Assembly (NCBI GenBank): GCA_963703285.1
Contig: OY969807.1
Coordinates: 1,408,001 to 1,472,000 of the forward strand
Origin: an uncultured Nitrososphaerota archaeon
GTDB lineage: Archaea > Thermoproteota > Nitrososphaeria > Nitrososphaerales > Gagatemarchaeaceae
Length of the DNA: 64,000 nucleotides
Reading direction: 5' to 3'
Part shown: piece after piece, positions 57,477-64,000 of the stretch
Position numbering within the stretch: the first letter of the stretch is position 1
Layout of the letters: every line of letters begins with the position of its first letter
Notes under the pieces: model-generated
Database searches by the model: none
What the model saw: only the letters and a program-made list of their open reading frames with translations
What the model was told of the DNA's origin: nothing
Program-made: the position numbers and the translations under genes

Positions 57477-57873
57477 CTAGTCCGGCTCGCGGGGAGATTT
57501 GGCCAGCAGCCGTTCCGCCACCCTCCGGTAGGCCTGGATGAAGTCGAGGGCGAACCTGTCGGCGTACTTCTCGGTGCCCCTGTGCTCGCCGGCGAAGTAG
57601 CGGAGGTGATGGTAGAACTCGTGGAGTATGGTGAAGGGGTCGTAGAGGTATTCGCGCTTCGCCGCCAGGATCTCCTTCCTCTTGGCGGTGTAGACGGCGA
57701 GGACGCCCTTCGACCGCCCGCTGACGACACCCACGCCCAGCTTGGGCCTCTCCACCCTGTAGTGCTCGCAGAGCAGGTCGAGCGCCCGCTCAGGGTTCGT
57801 GTCGAGTATCGTCGCGACGACGAGGGCCTTGAATTCGTCCTCGGAGCGGTTGGGTTCCGGCGTCGTCTCTCAT
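57477..57873 (-). CDS. Small HExxH (ImmA/IrrE-like) protein with an apparent +1 frameshift right after ATG
   Basis: ILHEFYHH..TEKYADRFA; open frame extends to 57869, with the ATG one base out of frame. Confidence 0.6.
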
Positions 57874-57879
57874 CAGCCG

Positions 57880-58158
57880 TCAGGCTTCGTCCATCGTGAA
57901 GGTGAAGCGCGCGCCCGCGAACTCCCCCGTGCCCGTCTTCTCCCACGCGACCCTGTAGGTCTTGGTCAGCTGCTTGCCGATGACGCTGACCTGCGTGGGG
58001 AGCTGGGCGAAGAGGCCCTCGACCTTCGCCGGGTCCTTCGTGGAGAGGAGGCTCCTCCGCCTCTTCATCAGGTACTTGACGGCGACGTTCTTGTGCTCGT
58101 GTCCCTCCACCTCGATCTTCTCACTGCCCGTGTCAATCGTGAAGGCCCGCTTGGTCAA
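57880..58158 (-). CDS. Conserved hypothetical protein
   Basis: FTIDTG..GHEHKNVAVKYLMKRRRSLL..EFAGARFTF; host codon usage. Confidence 0.7.
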   Translation of the reverse strand: MTKRAFTIDTGSEKIEVEGHEHKNVAVKYLMKRRRSLLSTKDPAKVEGLFAQLPTQVSVIGKQLTKTYRVAWEKTGTGEFAGARFTFTMDEA

Positions 58159-58241
58159 TGGGGCCGACCGACGCGGTCTTCGATTAATGGGTTTTGCTGC
58201 GCTCGAAGCGTTTTTGGATGGACAGGAGAGGGAGGAGGCCA

Positions 58242-59231
58242 TTGAAGGCGAAGCTTCTGCTGGGCTCCGACTTCCCTGAGGAGGCGTTAGGAGATGTCCC
58301 GCGCTACGCTGAGGTCTACCGCCTCGGCGAGCTCGGGGAGAGTGAGCTGGACGCGGTCCTGCCCTCGATGGACTGCCTGCTCGTCGCCTTCTGGCCGGAG
58401 AGGCTGGGTCGGGAGAGGCTGTCAAGGATGGCGAGGCTCTCGATGGTCCAGTCGGTGCTCGCGGGCGTCAACCAGGTGCCGTTCGGGGACCTCCCGCCGA
58501 AGGCCGTCGTCTGCAGCAACGCCGGCGGCTACTCCGTCGAGGTGGGCGAGTTCGCGTGGGGGTTGCTGCTATCGGCCGCGAAGAGGATCGTGAAGCTCGA
58601 CTACGAGGTGAGGAAGCCGGGTTACACCCCTCCCCGGCCGCTGGAGCTGGGAAGGGAGATCGTGGTCCTCAGGGGGAAGGTACTGGGGATACTTGGATAC
58701 GGCGGGATAGGCAGGGTGGTGGCGGAGTTCGGGAAGGCGTTCGGGATGGAAGTCGAGGCCTTCTCCCGGAGGGACGTGAAGGACGAGGGCGTGGCCTCGA
58801 TCCAGGGGAGGGCCGGCCTTGAGGCGGTGCTCCGGACGTCGGACGCGCTGGTGGTGGCGCTGCCGTACTCCAGGTCGACGGAGAAGATGATCGGAAGGGC
58901 GGAGCTCTCCATGATGAAGCGGGACGCCATCCTCGTGAACGTCTCGAGGGCGGAGGTAGTCGACCAGGACGCCATCTACGAGCACCTCACGAGAAACAGG
59001 TCCTTCGTCTACGCCACGGACGTCTGGTGGACGGAGGGCGGCCGGGAGTCGTACTCTCCGCGCCTGCCCCTCCTGAAGCTCGAGAACTTCATCGGGACGC
59101 CCCACGCGTCGGGTCCGAGCGCCTCGGTTGGGGGAGCGCCTCTGAGGAGGGCGGTGGCGAACCTGCTACGATTCCTCAAGGGAGAGGAGCCCCTGAACGT
59201 GGTGGATAGGAGAGAGTACGAGCCGCCCTAG
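58242..59231 (+). CDS. D-2-hydroxyacid dehydrogenase
   Basis: GYGGIG, LVNVSRA, TDVW, TPH. Confidence 0.92.
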   Translation: MKAKLLLGSDFPEEALGDVPRYAEVYRLGELGESELDAVLPSMDCLLVAFWPERLGRERLSRMARLSMVQSVLAGVNQVPFGDLPPKAVVCSNAGGYSVEVGEFAWGLLLSAAKRIVKLDYEVRKPGYTPPRPLELGREIVVLRGKVLGILGYGGIGRVVAEFGKAFGMEVEAFSRRDVKDEGVASIQGRAGLEAVLRTSDALVVALPYSRSTEKMIGRAELSMMKRDAILVNVSRAEVVDQDAIYEHLTRNRSFVYATDVWWTEGGRESYSPRLPLLKLENFIGTPHASGPSASVGGAPLRRAVANLLRFLKGEEPLNVVDRREYEPP

Positions 59232-59255
59232 GTGGATGCCTTCCCGCGCCGCAGG

Positions 59256-59411
59256 TCAGAGGCCCACGGCCGCCCAGACGTCGTCGTCGCTGTCGAGCTG
59301 GGTGTAGCCGCACCTCTCGCACTTCCTGCCGATCAGCGTGGTCTCCTTCGGGCCCGACCCTACCTTCCTCTCGTACTCGATCATCTGACCGGCGTGGCAG
59401 CGCTCGCACAT
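59256..59411 (-). CDS. Small zinc-ribbon protein (51 aa)
   Basis: Manual translation MCERCHAGQMIEYERKVGSGPKETTLIGRKCERCGYTQLDSDDDVWAAVGL. Confidence 0.7.
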   Translation of the reverse strand: MCERCHAGQMIEYERKVGSGPKETTLIGRKCERCGYTQLDSDDDVWAAVGL

Positions 59412-59503
59412 CAAGGGCGTTCGCCGCGGTAGGGAGACCGCATTTGAACGTTTAAGTTAGAGAAGGTGGAGCTCGCCCAAGGGCACGTGGAGAACGGAAG
59501 AGC

Positions 59504-60601
59504 TTGGGCATACCTGAGAAGATCAAGAAGATAGAGGATGACCTGCACAGGACGCAGGTCAACAAGAAGACCGAGCACCACGTGGGACTTCTCAGGGGAA
59601 AGCTCGCGAAGCTGAGGAAGGAGCAGGAGGAGCAGCAGTCCAGGCGCTCTGGCTCTGCTATAGGCTTCGACGTGAAGAAGTCCGGGGACGGGACGGTCGT
59701 TCTCGTCGGGCTCCCCAGCGTCGGGAAATCGACGTTGCTCAACGGGCTTACCAACGCCAAGTCGAAGGTGGCGGCCTACGCGTTCACGACGCTCGATGTC
59801 GTCCCGGGGGTGATGGACTACAAGGGGGCCAGGATACAGATCCTCGACCTCCCGGGGATAATCCAGGGCGCGTCATCGGGGAGGGGGCTGGGGAAGAGGG
59901 TCCTCGCCGTGGCGAGGAACGCCGACCTCGTCCTCTTCATCGTCGACGTCTTCCAGCCCGAGGCGAGGGGCCTCCTCGAGAAGGAGCTCAAGAACACGGG
60001 CGTCAGGGTCGACACGCAGCCGCCCAACGTCGTGATTGAGCCCACCACGACCGGAGGCATCTCCGTCACGGCCACGGTGAAGCTGACCAAGATCAGCGAG
60101 CAGCTTGTCAAGGAGATGCTCAGGGTCTACGAGTACAACAGCGCGAGGGTCGTGATCAGGGAGGACATAAGCGACGAGCAGCTGATCGACGTCCTCCTCG
60201 GCAACAGGATCTACGTACCGTCGCTGACCGTCATGAACAAGATAGACCTGGTCAACGCGGGCTTCACGAACGAGCTGGCGTCGAAGCTGCAGTACGACTT
60301 CGTCCCCGTCTCCGCCGAGGGTGGGGTCAACATAGCGGCGCTGAAGGAGGAGATATACAAGAAGCTGGACTTCGTCAGGATCTACATGCGCAGGAGGTCG
60401 GGGGAGACCGACTACAAGGAGCCCATGATCGTAAGGAACGGGTCGAGCGTCCTGGAGGTCTGCAACAAGGTCCACAGGAACATAAAGGACGAGTTCCGCT
60501 ACGCGCTGATCTGGGGCAAGTCCGTCAAGTTCGGCGGCCAGAGGGTGGGGATAAACCACAGGCTCATGGACGAGGACGTCCTCACCCTCGTCACGAAGTG
60601 A
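59504..60601 (+). CDS. DRG/OBG-family GTPase with TGS domain
   Basis: GLPSVGKST, FTT, DLPG, NKID, WGKSVKF. Confidence 0.96.
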   Translation: MGIPEKIKKIEDDLHRTQVNKKTEHHVGLLRGKLAKLRKEQEEQQSRRSGSAIGFDVKKSGDGTVVLVGLPSVGKSTLLNGLTNAKSKVAAYAFTTLDVVPGVMDYKGARIQILDLPGIIQGASSGRGLGKRVLAVARNADLVLFIVDVFQPEARGLLEKELKNTGVRVDTQPPNVVIEPTTTGGISVTATVKLTKISEQLVKEMLRVYEYNSARVVIREDISDEQLIDVLLGNRIYVPSLTVMNKIDLVNAGFTNELASKLQYDFVPVSAEGGVNIAALKEEIYKKLDFVRIYMRRRSGETDYKEPMIVRNGSSVLEVCNKVHRNIKDEFRYALIWGKSVKFGGQRVGINHRLMDEDVLTLVTK

Positions 60602-60642
60602 CGGGATAGAGATATAATCGGAGCCGTCTCCTCCGGGGCACG

Positions 60643-61077
60643 ATGACAGTCGCCACAATCTCTCCCGACGAGGTGATGAGAACGCGCAGCGTCATAGCGG
60701 TCGTCGGAGCCTCGAAGAGCCCCAAGAAGGAGGCGCACAGGGTGCCCCTCTACCTCAGGGAGCACGGCTACCGGGTCATCCCGATCAACCCTTCGGCGGA
60801 CCAGATATTCGGGGAGAGGGCGTATCCCTCCCTAGAATCGATGCCCGAGGAGGTGGCGAGGGAGGTCGAGGTGGTGGAGGTCTTCAGGCCGAGCGAGGAG
60901 CTCCCCCAGGTGGCGCGGCAGGTGGTCGAGCTCTCGAGGAAGCACGCCAGACCCTACGTCTTCTGGGCACAGCTCGGGCTGCAGAGCGAGGAGGCGAAGG
61001 AGATTCTTACCAAGGGCGGGCTCCCCTTCGTCATGGACTCGTGCATGCGCGTGGTCCACGCTTCGATGAAGGCTTGA
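60643..61077 (+). CDS. CoA-binding protein (YccU-like)
   Basis: IAVVGAS, IPINP, VFRPS, WAQLG. Confidence 0.92.
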   Translation: MTVATISPDEVMRTRSVIAVVGASKSPKKEAHRVPLYLREHGYRVIPINPSADQIFGERAYPSLESMPEEVAREVEVVEVFRPSEELPQVARQVVELSRKHARPYVFWAQLGLQSEEAKEILTKGGLPFVMDSCMRVVHASMKA

Positions 61078-61088
61078 CGATAGGGGGC

Positions 61089-61673
61089 CTAGGCCATGGT
61101 CGGAGGGTCGGCCAAGACTTCTCTCCCCTTCTCGATTCCCACGTACCTCTGGTAGAGCCGGACGTTCCTGCCCGTAAGCAGTCCCGAGCCGAACGCGAGC
61201 AGCGCGTCGGTCGCAATCTCTGCCGCGATAGCGGTGGGCCCGAGCGACAGCGACGTGAAGCTGAACGAGAGCGCGGAAGGGACATAGATGAAGTCGATGG
61301 CCAGCCTTACGACCAGCCCCAACACGTAGATCATGTAGATGATCGTGCCGCCCTTGGCCCAGATTGAGCCGTCGGCTCCCCTCCAGAAGACGAGCCTGCT
61401 GTCGATCGCTCTGTGGGCTGCGAACAAGGCAGCGACGTAGATGGCCGCGTCGATACCGGCATAGTAAACCGAGACGCCGGTCAGGAAGGAACTGGAGATG
61501 AGCAGTCCGGCGAACACCACATACCAGACCGAGTAGACGAGTGATCGCAGTTTGCTTATCCTTGTGCCGTAGATTATCCTTCTGATGCGGATTGCGATGA
61601 GTATGAAGATGATCGCATAGACGTCCCCGAACGATACTCCAGAACCGCCAGAGCCAGACACCGACCTTCCCAT
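61089..61673 (-). CDS. Membrane protein (DUF1453-like)
   Basis: Multiple TM segments, GLLTGRN. Confidence 0.65.
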   Translation of the reverse strand: MGRSVSGSGGSGVSFGDVYAIIFILIAIRIRRIIYGTRISKLRSLVYSVWYVVFAGLLISSSFLTGVSVYYAGIDAAIYVAALFAAHRAIDSRLVFWRGADGSIWAKGGTIIYMIYVLGLVVRLAIDFIYVPSALSFSFTSLSLGPTAIAAEIATDALLAFGSGLLTGRNVRLYQRYVGIEKGREVLADPPTMA

Positions 61674-61760
61674 CGACGATTCCTTCTTTAAGGCTTAGGG
61701 CTGCAGGTGGATTGTAGCACGACTCGATTCACGGACAGCGTCTCGCTGGACCTGGGAGCT

Positions 61761-61919
61761 TCACTGCTTGAGCATTTCGTAGAGCCTGTACCGCGCTTCC
61801 TCGCCGGGCGTGAGCGTGTAGCCGCACGTGACGCACGACACGCTCTGGTCCCGCCTCTTGAGGCCGTACCTCTTGCAGCCGGGACAGTGCATCTCCGAGT
61901 CCTTCTTCTCGTAGGACAT
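61761..61919 (-). CDS. Small zinc-ribbon protein (52 aa)
   Basis: Manual translation MSYEKKDSEMHCPGCKRYGLKRRDQSVSCVTCGYTLTPGEEARYRLYEMLKQ. Confidence 0.7.
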   Translation of the reverse strand: MSYEKKDSEMHCPGCKRYGLKRRDQSVSCVTCGYTLTPGEEARYRLYEMLKQ

Positions 61920-61956
61920 TGGCAGCTATTTATCGCTGGGGTTCTTATCTTCTAGG

Positions 61957-62223
61957 GTGGGCCGCTCGTGGGAGGTTTACATCGTCAGGTGCAGGACGGG
62001 TGAGATGTACACCGGCTGCACCACCGACCTGAAACGCAGAGTGGAGCAGCACAACAGCGGCTCGGGCTCCAAGTTCACTAGGAGCCGCAGGCCGGTCGTC
62101 CTGGTCTACCACGAAACGTGCGCGGACAGGTCCTCGGCCCTGAAGAGGGAGAACCAGATAAAGCGGCTCTCCCGCGCGGAGAAATCGCGCCTGGCTCACA
62201 CGGCCTCGGCGACGAGCGCGTAG
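61957..62223 (+). CDS. GIY-YIG nuclease (UPF0213/YhbQ-like)
   Basis: VYIVRC..YTGCTTDLKRRVEQHNSG..ALKRE. Confidence 0.92.
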   Translation: MGRSWEVYIVRCRTGEMYTGCTTDLKRRVEQHNSGSGSKFTRSRRPVVLVYHETCADRSSALKRENQIKRLSRAEKSRLAHTASATSA

Positions 62224-62972
62224 CTCGGATTCTCCGCGCTGAAGGGACCGCGGGTCAGGAGGGAGTCGTAGAGGCCGCTGAGGCTCCAGCCCGTCCTCGT
62301 GAGCATCGAGACGACCTCGTGAGGCGAGTAGACCCTGATGTCCGTGGGGAACTCCCCGGCGTACTTCATGGCCCTCCCGACCCTGAGGAAGAACCGCCAG
62401 GACCCCTTCTCGCGCGACGTAACCAGATCGAAGGTGTAGCGGTCGAGCACCAGCAGCCTCTCGCTCTCCTCGAAGACGTTCTGGGCCCCGTGCCTGACGA
62501 TGTAGTCCCTGTTCCTGAGCCCCGAGATCACGAACAGACCCCCGGTCCTCACCACGGACCTCAGCTGCCCGAAGAAGGCCTCGTCGTCCTCCTCGGTGCC
62601 GTACCCGATGCTGGTGAAGACGTTGATGGTGGAGTCGAAGGAGCCCTTCGCGAAGGAGCCGAGGTCCGACATCGACCCCGTGACGAAGGACGCGCTCCCG
62701 GTAAGGCCGAACCTCCTCGCCTTGGCGACCGCGACAGAGACTAGGTGGGGAGAGAAGTCGACCCCCGTAATCCTGTACCCTAGCTGGGCGAGGGGTATGC
62801 CCACTCTCCCGATCCCGCAGGGCACGTCGAGGACGCTGCACCCGCCCATCCCCCTCTCCTGGAGGAGGCTGGATATGGCGAGGGCGTCCTCCTCTCCGCG
62901 CTTCCACATCCCCTCCAGCACGAGCTCGTACAGCTTCGCGTTCCTAATGAAGACGTTCTTCGCCCAGTTCAC
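62196..62972 (-). CDS. Class I SAM-dependent methyltransferase
   Basis: VLDVPCGIGR, GVDFS, FTSIGY. Confidence 0.9.
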   Translation of the reverse strand: MNWAKNVFIRNAKLYELVLEGMWKRGEEDALAISSLLQERGMGGCSVLDVPCGIGRVGIPLAQLGYRITGVDFSPHLVSVAVAKARRFGLTGSASFVTGSMSDLGSFAKGSFDSTINVFTSIGYGTEEDDEAFFGQLRSVVRTGGLFVISGLRNRDYIVRHGAQNVFEESERLLVLDRYTFDLVTSREKGSWRFFLRVGRAMKYAGEFPTDIRVYSPHEVVSMLTRTGWSLSGLYDSLLTRGPFSAENPSYALVAEAV

Positions 62973-63063
62973 GCACGCGACGCGGCGTCCCGGGTAGAAA
63001 AGCTTGGACGGGTGGGGGCGAGCGAATATATACGAACAACCCGGTTCGCCCTGCGAAGAGCCG

Positions 63064-63726
63064 ATGGCCGCGGATGCCGCTGAGGTCAGGAGGCTGACGG
63101 ACGAGTTCAAGGGTTCTCTCGGGTTCAGGGTTCACGGCGAGATGAACAACAACAGGAGGAGCCTGAGGATCCTCTCGAGGAACGAGGACGAGCTCATCCA
63201 GGCCGTGGCCGCCGTCAGGCGGGCGGCCGGCGAAAGCGAATCTCCCTCGGAGGCTCTCGCCAGGGAGGAGCTTGCGCGCAGGCTCGAGAACTTCCTCTCC
63301 TCGGCGTTCGACCTCATCGACCACACGAGGAGGTACTGCCGCGGGCAGTACGAGAAGACCGACTATGCGAGGGAGATACAGTCGGAGATTGATAGGCGGT
63401 TCATCTTCGAGCGCGACTTCAAGCTGGCCCAGGGACTCCGGTCCATATCAGCCCACGTCGATTCGCTGGCGAAGGACAGGCTGCAGGTCAAGCAGCTGCT
63501 GGCGTGGGACGAATGGAACGACAACCAGAGGGCGATCCTCGGAGCGATGAAGGTCGACATCGAAGTGCAGGAGTTCTCGGAGGCTTACCTCGCGAGGATA
63601 CAGGACTTCTACTCGTGGCTCTGGAAGAGGCAGAGCGAAATCCACTCCAAGGACCTCGCAGAGGCCGAGCAGATGAGGGTGCGCGCGAAGGAGGCCTACG
63701 ACAGAATGTTCCCACCGTCCGCCTAG
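63064..63726 (+). CDS. Hypothetical helical protein (HEPN-like Rx4H possible)
   Basis: NFLSSAFDLIDHTR, LRSISAH; host codon usage. Confidence 0.6.
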   Translation: MAADAAEVRRLTDEFKGSLGFRVHGEMNNNRRSLRILSRNEDELIQAVAAVRRAAGESESPSEALAREELARRLENFLSSAFDLIDHTRRYCRGQYEKTDYAREIQSEIDRRFIFERDFKLAQGLRSISAHVDSLAKDRLQVKQLLAWDEWNDNQRAILGAMKVDIEVQEFSEAYLARIQDFYSWLWKRQSEIHSKDLAEAEQMRVRAKEAYDRMFPPSA

Positions 63727-63821
63727 GCGGCGGGGCCTTCGGCGTGTTCGGATGCTGTCGCCGGTGATGAGGGTTGGGGCGGCCCGCCACGATTTTATCC
63801 TACGCTGAGGGCCAGAGCGAT

Positions 63822-64000
63822 ATGCCGGGTTCGAGCGGCTGCAGGCTCGGTGTTTCCTTCGGCGAGGAGTCGGAGCTCTACTCGTTCCCGTACCCGCATC
63901 CCATGAACAGGTCGAGGATCGAGCTCTTTGGCGAGTGGCTGAGGTCGGCCGAAGGGTTCGAGGTCTTCAAGCCGGTCAGGGCGGCGCGGGATGGCCTCCT
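63822..64000 (+). CDS. Histone deacetylase / AcuC family protein (5' part, runs off window end)
   Basis: YSFPYPHPMNRSR N-terminal motif. Confidence 0.65.
   Translation, partial: MPGSSGCRLGVSFGEESELYSFPYPHPMNRSRIELFGEWLRSAEGFEVFKPVRAARDGL

Noticed and set aside
61761-61919. Possible zinc-binding ribosomal protein (L44e/L37ae)
   Set aside because: Lacks their basic signature motifs; kept as a generic zinc ribbon

Overview
GC-rich archaeal chromosome segment. Gene order and content suggest a Nitrososphaerota (Thaumarchaeota) lineage: alaS/rpl12/rplP0/rpl1/rpl11/spt5/secE/dtd2/ftsY/pfdA/eIF6/rpl31e/rpl39e/rps19e with no rplX, plus BHB-intron tRNAs. Positions 1-12 kb are a translation/secretion core cluster. 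Positions 12-32 kb are metabolic and stress genes, including a JAMM + Ubl-E1-rhodanese + PLP sulfhydrylase operon, a thermosome, Ada and DyP. Positions ~32.4-41.3 kb form a lower-GC accessory island anchored at tRNA-Leu/tRNA-Thr. Positions 41-64 kb are housekeeping and metabolic genes again. Five tRNAs were found, four with introns, including a three-intron tRNA-Phe. Main observations: (i) an integration scar in the 3' end of spt5 carrying an RHS-core fragment and leaving the likely original Spt5 tail stranded downstream; (ii) an array of tRNA-3'-end-like att fragments separating small cargo genes; (iii) a secreted two-gene module whose proteins resemble a phage structural gene pair; (iv) a 143-bp MITE with perfect TIRs and a TSD; (v) two deletion-chimera pseudogenes and three +1 frameshifts that may be sequencing errors. 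All assignments come from motif recognition by eye; no searches were run.
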